Positions 7,726 through 19,439 of a stretch of 64,000 nt of DNA are shown here, piece by piece. A program made the translations under genes and the position numbers. The notes under the pieces are model-generated. The model was not told where the DNA came from, did no database searches, and saw only the letters and a list, made by a program, of their open reading frames with translations. Source of the DNA: an uncultured delta proteobacterium (GTDB lineage: Bacteria; Myxococcota_A; UBA9160; UBA4427); contig CAWGJT010000010.1 of the NCBI GenBank assembly GCA_963822965.1, forward strand, positions 192,001 through 256,000, read 5' to 3'. Within the stretch, counting starts at the first letter, position 1, and each line of letters opens with the position of its first letter.

Positions 7726-9287
7726 GAACCGCGACCCGCCTCGCGCCGATCCGGCTCGCCACGCCCGAGGGAGAGGAGGTGGCCCTGGGCTCCCTGTGGA
7801 GCGAGCGCACCGTGGTGCTGGTCTTCCTCCGCCACTTCGGCTGACTGTTCTGCCGCGAGCAGATCACGCAGTTGCGTGAGCACATCCAGGAGATCCGCGG
7901 GCGTGACGCCGAGCTCGTCGTCGTGGGGAACGGGGCGCCGCACTTCGCCCGCAGCTTCCGGGAGGACTTCGATCTCGATGGTCCGCTCCTCGTCGATCCC
8001 GATCTGGTGGCGTATCGCGCAGCCGGTCTGCGGCGCGGGCGCGTGGAGCTGCTCTCGCCGCGGCTCCCGGGCAGCGCCCTGCGCGCGCTCGCGAGTGGAG
8101 CGCGGCAGGCCGGCGTCCAGGGCGATCCCTGGCAGCTCGGGGGTGTGTTCGTGATCCGTCCGGGAGGTGAGCTCGTCTATCGGCACGTGAGCGGCGACGC
8201 GGGCGACCACCCGCCCGTCGAGGAGATCCTGGACGCCCTCGTCGATCCCCGGCGTCGCGTCGACGAGGATGTCCCGGCTTCCCGCGCGGCCCAGCTGCTG
8301 GGCCGGGGCCTGGGTCGCCTGGTCGACCCCCTGATCGTGCCGTCGTTCGATCGGACCGGCTTCCGGATCCACTCCCTGGCATTCGATCCCGGCGATCTCG
8401 CGGTGGACCTGGCGGGTCGTCGTTGCGTCGTCACGGGCGCGAATTCGGGGATCGGATTCGAGACCGCCCTGGCGCTCGCCGACCTCGGCGCGGACGTCGT
8501 GCTGGTGTGCCGCGACGAGGGGCGGGGCCGAGAGGCCTTGGAGCGCATCCGGGAGGCGACCGGCAGCCGACGGGTCTCGTTGGAGCGGGCGGACGTCTCG
8601 GACCTCGCGTCGGTGCGCGCGCTGGCCGATCGCCTCGGCCCGTCGGCGGTGGACGTGCTGGTGCACAACGCGGGCGTGCTGCCCGACGACCGCCGGACGA
8701 CCGCCGACGGTCTCGAGCTGGCCTTCGCGACCCACGTGGCGGGCCCCTTCCTGCTCACCATGCTGCTGCGGTCGCGCCTCGAGGCGTCCCCGGACGCACG
8801 CGTGGTGTGGGTGAGCTCCGGCGGCATGTACACGCGCCGGCTCCGGGTGGACGACTGCGGCTGGCGCGAGCGGGACTACGACGGCGTCACCGCCTACGCC
8901 GAGACGAAGCGCGCCCAGGTGGTGCTCGCAGAGATGTGGGCGCAGGCTCTCGCCGGCACCGGAGTCGTGGTCAACGCCATGCACCCGGGTTGGGCGGACA
9001 CGCCCGCGGTCCGCAGCTCGCTGCCGGCCTTCCACCGGGTGATGCGCCGCGTGTTGCGAACGCCCGCCGAGGGCGCCGACACCGTGGTGTGGTTGGCCGC
9101 GTCGGAGCGGGGCCGCGAGCGATCCGGTGAGCTCTACTTCGACCGCGAGCCGCGTCGCAAGCACCTGCTGCCCTGGACCCGCGAATCCGCGGCCGATCGG
9201 TCCGCCCTGTGGGCGCTGTGCGAGCGACTCACCCGGGCAGGGCGACAACGCGCGGATGCGGACCGGCGCGCCCGGGGGCGGCGATGA
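7722..9287 (+). CDS. Probable selenoprotein: AhpC/TSA-2 (SelU/PRXL2-like) peroxiredoxin-like domain with UxxC fused to a DHRS12-like SDR (521 aa, Sec at codon 41)
   Basis: GTG 7722 (GTGA overlap, AGGAGA RBS) reads ...VLVFLRHFG-TGA-LFCREQ... in frame into ORF 7872..9287; TGA occupies the first Cys of the family RHxGCxxCRE motif; GDPWQLGGVFVI motif; SDR motifs TGANSGIG, NAG, YAETK. Confidence 0.82.
7859..7881 (+). promoter_or_regulatory. Candidate bacterial SECIS hairpin
   Basis: Stem TCACGC(7864-7869)/GCGTGA(7874-7879), loop AGTT starting 25 nt after the TGA, G at loop position 2; extendable by GC/GC pairs around an AGA bulge. Confidence 0.6.
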
Positions 9288-10699
9288 TCCGCGGCATCCA
9301 CTGGTTTCGCCGGGACCTGCGCCTGCGGGACAACGCGGCGCTGAACGCCCTGGCCGAGCGCGCGGAGGCCTTCCTGCCGGTCTTCGTGGTGGACCCGCGG
9401 CTGGTGGGCGAAGGGGCTCGGGAGATGCCCCGGGTGCGCTTCCTCTTCGACTGCCTGGAACGCCTCGGCGCCGAGCTCGACGAACGGGGGATCCCGCTCG
9501 TGGTGCGCGAGGGTCGTCCCGAGGAGGTGATCCCCAAGCTCATGAAGGACACGGGAGCGACGCTGCTCTCGTTCGGCTCGGGCGTCTCCCCGTTCGCGTG
9601 CCGGCGGGACGAGCGGGTCGCCAAGGCCGTCGCGCGCCAGGGGGGCGACGTGCTGACGCGGCAGGACGACGTGGTTCTCGCGGACGGCAGCCTGCGCAGC
9701 CAGTCCGGGGACGCCTATCGAGTGTATACCCCGTATCGCAACGCGTGGTGGAAGCGCTTCGACGAGAGCGCGCCCCTGCCGGCGGCAGGCGCGCGCCTGC
9801 CCGCGCCGATTCCCGGCTTCGAAGGAGACCGGGCGCCAGTGCTGCTGGATCGGTCGCTCGAGGAGACCCGCATCGGTCTGCCCACCGGGGGCGAACGCGC
9901 GGCGCGGCGCCGGCTCGCCACCTTTCTCGAGACCGGGGTCGAACGCTATGCGACGGACCGCGATCGACCGGACCTGGACGGCACCTCGCGGCTCTCTCCC
10001 TACCTTCGCTTCGGCGCGATCTCGGCGCGCCAGTGCGTGGCATCTGCCCTCGAGGCGCGGAACGCCCGGCCGGCGCTCCGTCCCGGCGTCGCCAAGTGGC
10101 TGGACGAGATCGTGTGGCGCGAGTTCTACGCCGACCTGCTGCGCGCGAGCCCGCGACTGCTGTCCCGGAGCTGGCGCCCGGAGTACGACGCGATGGAGTG
10201 GGACCACGATCCCGAGGGCCTGGCGGCCTGGGCCGAGGGGCGCACGGGCTTTCCCATCGTCGACGCCGGCATGCGCCAGCTTCGCCAGACCGGGTGGATG
10301 CACAACCGGGTACGCATGATCGTGGCCAGCTTCCTCACGAAGGATCTGCTGATCGACTGGCGCGAGGGGGCGCGCGTCTTCCTGGACCTGCTGGTGGACG
10401 GCGACCCCGCCTCGAACGCCGGGGGCTGGCAGTGGGCGGCGTCCACGGGAGCCGACGCACAGCCCTACTTCCGCATCTTCAACCCGGTCTCCCAGGGGAG
10501 GCGGTACGATCCCGAGGGTCGATACGTGCGGAAGTACGTTCCGGAGCTGCGCCGGGCACCCGACGCCGCGATCCACGCGCCCTGGGAGATGGAGCGGCCG
10601 CCGCGCCGCTACCCTTCGCCCATCGTGGACCACGCCGCGCGACGGCGTCTCGCGCTGGAACGCTTCGGCCGGGTGCGGTCTCCGTCGGAGGAACGATGA
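9284..10699 (+). CDS. phrB: Deoxyribodipyrimidine photolyase (class I CPD type)
   Basis: HWFRRDLRLRDN, TSRLSPYLRFG, WREFY, GRTGFPIVDAGMRQL, GWMHNRVRM, SNAGGWQW, PYFRIFNP; ATGA overlap. Confidence 0.96.
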   Translation: MIRGIHWFRRDLRLRDNAALNALAERAEAFLPVFVVDPRLVGEGAREMPRVRFLFDCLERLGAELDERGIPLVVREGRPEEVIPKLMKDTGATLLSFGSGVSPFACRRDERVAKAVARQGGDVLTRQDDVVLADGSLRSQSGDAYRVYTPYRNAWWKRFDESAPLPAAGARLPAPIPGFEGDRAPVLLDRSLEETRIGLPTGGERAARRRLATFLETGVERYATDRDRPDLDGTSRLSPYLRFGAISARQCVASALEARNARPALRPGVAKWLDEIVWREFYADLLRASPRLLSRSWRPEYDAMEWDHDPEGLAAWAEGRTGFPIVDAGMRQLRQTGWMHNRVRMIVASFLTKDLLIDWREGARVFLDLLVDGDPASNAGGWQWAASTGADAQPYFRIFNPVSQGRRYDPEGRYVRKYVPELRRAPDAAIHAPWEMERPPRRYPSPIVDHAARRRLALERFGRVRSPSEER

Positions 10700-11715
10700 A
10701 GGGCGCGACGAAGAGCCGCACAAAGGCGCCGGCCGGGAGCGCGCCGTTCCGGTTCGGGAGCGAGGAGCCGATCCGGCTCGGGGTCTCCTCCTGTCTGCTG
10801 GGGAATGCGGTGCGCTTCGACGGCGGTCACAAGCACGACCGCTTCGTGACCGACGGACTCGGTGCCTTCGTCGAGTGGGTGTCCGTGTGCCCCGAGCTCG
10901 AGGCCGGTCTCGGCGTGCCGCGTCCCGCCATGCGTCTGGTGGAGGACGGCGACGATCGCGGCGTGCGACTGGTGGAGACGGCGTCCGGCCTGGACCATAC
11001 CGCCGCCATGGAGCGCTACACACAGAAGCGCGTCCGGGCGCTGCGCAACCTCGGCCTGTGCGGCTACGTCCTGAAGAAGGGCTCGCCGAGCTGCGGCATG
11101 GAGCGGGTGCGCGTACATCCGGCGGGCGGCGGGATGCCCCGCAACGACGGTCGGGGGGTGTTCGCGGCGGTGCTGATGGCGGCGCTTCCCAGCCTGCCCG
11201 TCGAGGAGGAAGGGCGGCTCAATGATCCCGTGCTGCGCGAGAATTTCATCGAGCGGGTCTTCGCGTACCGCCGCCTGCAGGACGTCTTCCAGGGGCGCTG
11301 GACCAATGGGCAGGTGGTCCGCTTCCACACCGCGCACAAGCTGCAGCTGATGGCCCACTCGCCTTCGGCCTATCGCGAGCTCGGCCGCCTCGTGGCGGAG
11401 GTCAAGCAGCGACCGCGGGCGATCTTCCGGGACCTCTACTGCGATCTCTTCATGCAGGCCATGCGCCGACGGGCGTCCCGGGGACGCAACGCCAACGTAC
11501 TCCAGCACGCGGCCGGTCACCTGAAGCACATCGACGCGGGCGCGCGCCAGGAGCTGGCCCACCTGATCCACGACTATCGCGAGGGGCTGGTGCCGCTGGT
11601 GGTGCCGGTCACCCTGCTGCGGCACCACACCCGCACCTGGAACGTCGAGTACCTGAACGGCCAGACCTACCTCGAGCCTCATCCCAAGGAGCTGATGCTC
11701 CGAAACCACGTCTGA
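10696..11715 (+). CDS. DUF523 + DUF1722 (YbgA-family) protein
   Basis: GVSSCLLGNAVRFDGGHK, VCPELEAGLGVPR, KKGSPSCG, EEEGRLND, C-terminal YLEPHPKELMLRNHV; commonly adjacent to photolyase. Confidence 0.92.
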   Translation: MKGATKSRTKAPAGSAPFRFGSEEPIRLGVSSCLLGNAVRFDGGHKHDRFVTDGLGAFVEWVSVCPELEAGLGVPRPAMRLVEDGDDRGVRLVETASGLDHTAAMERYTQKRVRALRNLGLCGYVLKKGSPSCGMERVRVHPAGGGMPRNDGRGVFAAVLMAALPSLPVEEEGRLNDPVLRENFIERVFAYRRLQDVFQGRWTNGQVVRFHTAHKLQLMAHSPSAYRELGRLVAEVKQRPRAIFRDLYCDLFMQAMRRRASRGRNANVLQHAAGHLKHIDAGARQELAHLIHDYREGLVPLVVPVTLLRHHTRTWNVEYLNGQTYLEPHPKELMLRNHV

Positions 11716-11774
11716 GGCGCAACGAAGACGAGCCGCGAGGCGGCGCATGCCGGGAAGACCCCTGTCCGTGAGAA

Positions 11775-11826
11775 CCATGTCGGGAGAATCCATGTCGGGA
11801 GAATCCATGTCGGGAGAATCCATGTC
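11775..11826 (+). repeat. 15-bp tandem repeat CCATGTCGGGAGAAT x3.5 over the start region
   Basis: Units at 11775, 11790, 11805 and a partial at 11820; each has an in-frame ATG and a GGGAGA RBS-like motif. Confidence 0.92.
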
Positions 11827-12508
11827 CGAAAGACGTCCGTCCGGAAGCGAGAAGAGCCCGCGCGCGTTCGCGCTGGGGCTGCTCCTCGCGCTCGTAGTGG
11901 CCGTGACGCCCGTCCGGGTGCTGGCGGCGCGCATCGAGGGCGTGGAGTTCGCCGAGCGGGTCGATCTCGGCGATACGGAGCTCGCGCTGCACGGCCTGGC
12001 GTTGCTCCGCTACCGGGTGCTCTTCAAGGGCTACGTGGCGGCGCTGTACCTGGAGCCCGCGGTCTCGGCCGAGCAGGTGCTGAGCGATGTGCCGCGGCGC
12101 CTCGAGATCGAGTACTTCTGGTCGATTCCGGCGACGGGCTTCGTGCGCGCCACCTTCGAGGGCATCGAGAAGAACGTCGATCTCGAAACGTGGCGCGCGC
12201 TGCAGCCGCGCATCGAGCGCTTCAGTCGCTTGTACGCCGACGTGCGCCCGGGAGACCGCTACCAGCTCACCTACCTGCCCGGGCGGGGAACGGAGCTGGC
12301 GCTGAACGGCAGGCCGCGCGGCGTGGTGGAAGGCGCCGACTTCGCCGCCGCGCTGTTCTCGATCTGGCTCGGCCAGGAGCCCTTCGACGCGTCGCTGAAG
12401 CAGCAGCTCCTCGAAGGCACCCCTGCCGCGCGGCAAACGCGGGTGGAGCCCGCTTGTCCGCGGGAGGAGAGCGGGGAGAAGGAGGCAGAATGCAGTCCGA
12501 GAACGTGA
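11777..12508 (+). CDS. Secreted chalcone-isomerase-like protein (start uncertain, 11777-11822)
   Basis: Signal-peptide-like segment, then IEGVEFAE, LALHGLALLRYRVLFKGYVAALYL, FAAALFSIWLGQEP..LKQQLL. Confidence 0.82.
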   Translation: MSGESMSGESMSGESMSERRPSGSEKSPRAFALGLLLALVVAVTPVRVLAARIEGVEFAERVDLGDTELALHGLALLRYRVLFKGYVAALYLEPAVSAEQVLSDVPRRLEIEYFWSIPATGFVRATFEGIEKNVDLETWRALQPRIERFSRLYADVRPGDRYQLTYLPGRGTELALNGRPRGVVEGADFAAALFSIWLGQEPFDASLKQQLLEGTPAARQTRVEPACPREESGEKEAECSPRT

Positions 12509-13062
12509 GCGCCGGCAATCCGTCCCTGGCGCCGGGTGTGGCGCTCTTCGTCGCGATCAACGTGCTGGGAGGTGCGGCGGTGCTCGGCTCCTACGCCTGG
12601 GGGCTCCTGTCCCGGCCGGACTCGGCGGCGGCGCTGTGGGGCGGGGTGCCCGAAGCGGCGCGCTCGCTCTACACCGTCAACATGTTCCTGGCGGCGTTCG
12701 GGTACTTCCTGTTCACGGCGTACTTCCTGCGGCGGCTGCCCGCGGCGCCGCGGGTGGCGGGTCGTCCGCTCCTCGTCGCGGTCTCGCTCTGCTACGCGGC
12801 CATCCTCGTTGCGTCGGCCGCCTGGCTTCCGCTCACGGCCGCGATGGTGACGAGCCCGAGCCCGGCGCTCTGGTGGATCGTGCGGGCCGACCTGTTCGCG
12901 GTGGCCGCAGGCGCCCTCGGCCTCGTCGCCTGCGTGCTGCTGGAAGAGCCGGCTGGCAGCACGCGGGCGCGCGTGACGGCGGGGGTGGGGCTGCTTCCGT
13001 TCTGTCTGCAGACGGTGGTGCTCGACGCGCTGGTCTGGCCGGCGTTCTTTCCAGCCGCCTGA
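12490..13062 (+). CDS. Hypothetical integral membrane protein (~5 TM)
   Basis: GGAGG RBS before ATG 12490; multiple hydrophobic segments; last gene of the operon. Confidence 0.75.
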   Translation: MQSENVSAGNPSLAPGVALFVAINVLGGAAVLGSYAWGLLSRPDSAAALWGGVPEAARSLYTVNMFLAAFGYFLFTAYFLRRLPAAPRVAGRPLLVAVSLCYAAILVASAAWLPLTAAMVTSPSPALWWIVRADLFAVAAGALGLVACVLLEEPAGSTRARVTAGVGLLPFCLQTVVLDALVWPAFFPAA

Positions 13063-13208
13063 CGGCTCCCTTCTCCCGACTCCCGCTTCTCCCGACGGAA
13101 GCGGGCGCGATACGGCCGGACCTTCCGGCTCGCACGGAACAGGCCCCCTGCCTGCTCCCGTCATCCTCGCGGCGCGGGCATCGAGGCGGCCCGCCGTCGC
13201 CGTCTTCG

Positions 13209-15392
<2,184 letters not shown>

Positions 15393-15470
15393 GGATCGGA
15401 TTCCTCTTCGGTCCCGGCCGGGAAGGAGCGTTCGCGGGCGGCCGGCGGATCCGCCCGTCTCCTTCCCGGT

Positions 15471-15486
15471 AGCAAGGAGCGTGCCC
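15471..15486 (-). promoter_or_regulatory. sigma54 (-24/-12) promoter of glutamine synthetase
   Basis: Minus strand GGGCACGCTCCTTGCT = GG-N10-GC, matching TGGCACG-N4-TTGCW, ~80 bp upstream of the start. Confidence 0.78.
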
Positions 15487-15678
15487 GGGCGGCCGGTGGC
15501 AGCCACGGCGTTCTGCGGCCCAGGAAGGCCGATTTCGGAACGATCGGGCCGGCCGCGGCTGCCCGGCGAATGACGCCGCCCGCCTCGTTTCGCGTCAGCG
15601 CCGCGGGGAGCCCCGCGCGCCTGGCGGCTTGCAGCGGCGGCCGTTCTGGCCGACACATACGCCCGGAGGAGGCAGCCC

Positions 15679-17205
15679 ATCGAACCGATCGTCCAGCTCG
15701 TGATCTTCGGCGGGGGCGGGGATCTCACCCGGCAGAAGCTCGTGCCGGCGCTGATCCGCCTCCACCGGTCGGGCCATCTCCCGAAGGGCGTGCAGGTGAT
15801 CGCCGTCGGGCGGCGCGCCAACGCCGACGACGCGTTTCGCGCGGACCTGCGCGAATCGCTGGACGACGAATCCGCCAAGGCGCTCGACGGGCTGGCGCCC
15901 GCGCTCTTCTACCGCCGCGGCGACGTCGAGGACGCCGCCTCGCTCGGCCGCCTGCGCACGGAGCTCGACGGGCTCTCCCCGACCGGCACGCCCGAGGTGG
16001 CGCGGCTCTTCTACCTGGCGCTCAGCCCGGAGCTCTTTGCCCGGGCGGTGCGCAACCTGGTGATGGCCGGGCTCCTCTACCGCCACGAGCTGCAGGACCG
16101 CGTCTTCCGTCGCATCGTGGTCGAGAAGCCCTTCGGCAACGACCTGCGGAGCGCGCGCGAGCTGAACGACACGCTGCACGACCAGCTCAACGAGCACCAG
16201 ATCTTCCGCATCGATCACTACCTCGGCAAGGAGACGGTGCAGAACCTGCTCGGTCTGCGCTTCCACAACGCGATCTTCGAGCCGCTGTGGAACCGCCACC
16301 ACGTCGAGCTCGTGCAGATCACCGTGGCGGAGTCCATCGGCATGACCTCCGGCCGCGCCGCCTACTACGACGGCACGGGCGCCGTGCGCGACATGCTGCA
16401 GAACCACATGCTGCAGGTGCTCTCGTTGGTGGCCATGGAGCCCCCGGTCTCGCTGGCCGCCGAGGCGATCCGCAACAACAAGGTGGAGGTCCTGCGGGCG
16501 CTGGTGGAGCCCGACGCCGAGGACGTCGCCCGCCACTGCGTGCGTGCGCGCTACACGGCCGGGCGGGTCGACGACCGGCCGGTCGTGGGATACCTCGAAG
16601 AGGAGGGCGTGCCGCCGGACTCCCGCACCGAGACCTACGTGGCCGTCCGCGCCGAGATCGACAACTGGCGCTGGAGCGGCGTGCCCTTCCTGCTCCGCCA
16701 CGGCAAGCGGCTCGCGCGGCGCTTCACCGAGGTGCAGGTGCAGTTCCGCACCCCGCCGCTGCAGCTCTTCAACCGTCCGCCGGGCATGAGCGCCGCCGAG
16801 CTGCGCCGGCAGGTTCGCGACGGCAATCTCTGCCTGATCCGGCCCAACGTGCTGACCATCGGCATCCAGCCCCACGAGACCATCAGCCTCTCGTTCGGCG
16901 TGAAGCAGCCCGGTCCGCAGATGGTCATGCGGCCGGCCACCCTGGGCTTCGACTATCGCGAGCAGTTCGGCCAGACGACCGCGCCCGCCTACGAGCGCCT
17001 GCTGCTCGACGCGCTGCAGGGCGACGCCACCCTGTTCCTGCGCTCCGACGAGATCGAGGCGAGCTGGGGCTACTGCGACGCCCTGCGCGCGGGCTGGACG
17101 GCCTCGGGCGCCCCGCCGCTGCAGGAGTACCCGGCGGGCTCCTGGGGGCCGCCGGAGGCGAACGGCCTCTTCTACGGCTGCGAGGGCGGCTGGAGCAGCG
17201 GGTAG
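15679..17205 (+). CDS. zwf: Glucose-6-phosphate 1-dehydrogenase (start uncertain: ATC 15679 or GTG 15700)
   Basis: [40 protein letters not shown]. Confidence 0.95.
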   Translation: MEPIVQLVIFGGGGDLTRQKLVPALIRLHRSGHLPKGVQVIAVGRRANADDAFRADLRESLDDESAKALDGLAPALFYRRGDVEDAASLGRLRTELDGLSPTGTPEVARLFYLALSPELFARAVRNLVMAGLLYRHELQDRVFRRIVVEKPFGNDLRSARELNDTLHDQLNEHQIFRIDHYLGKETVQNLLGLRFHNAIFEPLWNRHHVELVQITVAESIGMTSGRAAYYDGTGAVRDMLQNHMLQVLSLVAMEPPVSLAAEAIRNNKVEVLRALVEPDAEDVARHCVRARYTAGRVDDRPVVGYLEEEGVPPDSRTETYVAVRAEIDNWRWSGVPFLLRHGKRLARRFTEVQVQFRTPPLQLFNRPPGMSAAELRRQVRDGNLCLIRPNVLTIGIQPHETISLSFGVKQPGPQMVMRPATLGFDYREQFGQTTAPAYERLLLDALQGDATLFLRSDEIEASWGYCDALRAGWTASGAPPLQEYPAGSWGPPEANGLFYGCEGGWSSG

Positions 17206-17212
17206 CGGGGTC

Positions 17213-17889
<677 letters not shown>

Positions 17890-17893
<4 letters not shown>

Positions 17894-19317
17894 GCGACGC
17901 AGCGAAGAAGAAGCTCGACGTCGGCCTGGTGGGGACGGGCGTGATGGGAAGCAACCTGGCGCGCAACCTCGCGCGCAACGGCTTCCGAGTCGGTCTCTGG
18001 AACCGGACCCGCGAGCACGTGCTCGAGGTGGCCGCCCGGCATCCCGAGGCGGGCTTCGTGGTTGCGGATACGCTCGCCGATCTCGCGGCGCGTCTCGAGC
18101 GACCGCGGCGCATCGTGCTGATGGTGCCCGCCGGTGCGCCGGTGGACGCTACCCTGGACCAGCTGGACCCGGTGCTCGAATCCGACGACGTGGTGGTCGA
18201 CGCCGGCAACAGCCACTGGCGCGACACCGAGCGCCGGATCGACCGCGCCGCGGCCCGGCCCTGGCGCTTCGTGGGAATGGGGGTGTCCGGCGGAGCCGAG
18301 GGGGCGCTGCTCGGCCCCTCGATCATGCCCGGAGGCGATCCCGAATCCTGGCAGCGCCTGCGCCCCATGCTCGAGGCGATCGCCGCCGAAGGCGTGGACG
18401 GACCGTGCGTCACCTACTGTGGCCGCGGCTCGGCCGGGCACTTCGTGAAGATGGTCCACAACGGCATCGAGTACGGCGACATGCAGCTCATCGCCGAGGT
18501 GGTGACCCTGCTGCGCGACGGGCTGGGGCGGAGCGGGGCCGAGGTGGCGGACGTCTTCTCCGACTGGAACCGGGGCGAGCTCGCGAGCTACCTCGTGGAG
18601 ATCACCGCGGACGTGCTGCGTACGCCCGATCCCGAGGACCGCGAGGCCCTGCTCGTGGACGCGATTCTCGACGAGGCGGGACAGAAGGGAACCGGCCGCT
18701 GGACGGTGGTCGAAGCCCTCGAGCTCGGCGTGGCGGTGCCGACCGTGGCTGCCGCCGTCGACGCCCGGGTGCTGAGCGCGGCGCGCCCGCTGCGGCTGCG
18801 TGCGGCCGAGGTGCTCGCGCCGCCGAGAGCGAAGGGCGACGTGGACCTCACGGTCGACGACCTGCGGGCCGCCCTCTACGCCTCGAAGATCGCGAGCTAC
18901 ACCCAGGGGCTGCAGCTCCTGTCCGCGGCCAGTCGCGAGCGCGACTACGGCACCGACCTGGCGGAGGTCGCCCGCATCTGGACGGCGGGCTGCATCATCC
19001 GTGCGGAGCTGCTGGGACGCATCCGCGAGGCGATGGCGTCGACACCTCCGCCGGAGCTGCTCGCCCTCGATCCGGCGTTCGCGCAGGCCCTGCAGGAACG
19101 GGTCGCGCCCTGGCGGAAGGTGGTGGCGGCGGCCGGCCGGGCGGGCATCGCGATTCCGGGGCTCTCCGCTTCGCTGGCCTGGCTCGAGACCCTCACCACG
19201 CCCCGCGGCAGCGCGTACCTCATCCAGGCCCAGCGGGACTACTTCGGCAGCCACACCTACCGTCGCGTCGATCGTCCGGACGAAGCGGTGCACACGGAGT
19301 GGTCCCGGAGCCCCTGA
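17890..19317 (+). CDS. gnd: NADP-dependent 6-phosphogluconate dehydrogenase (decarboxylating)
   Basis: GTG start with GTGA overlap; GTGVMG, VSGGAEGA, HFVKMVHNGIEYGDMQ, QKGTG, IQAQRDYFGSHTY. Confidence 0.96.
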
Positions 19318-19439
19318 ACGCCGCCTCGATCGTCCCGAGGAAATGGCGCACACGGCGTGGTCCCGGAGCTGAACAGGGCCCGCGACCCCCCGTGCGTGCT
19401 ACACCCAGCCCTGGAGACTGGAGGCAGGGGGGAACGGAG

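Noticed and set aside
7872..9287. Stand-alone 471-aa gene starting at TTG 7872
   Set aside because: It would begin after the redox motif, has no RBS, and sits inside the SECIS-like hairpin; read-through from 7722 explains the sequence better.
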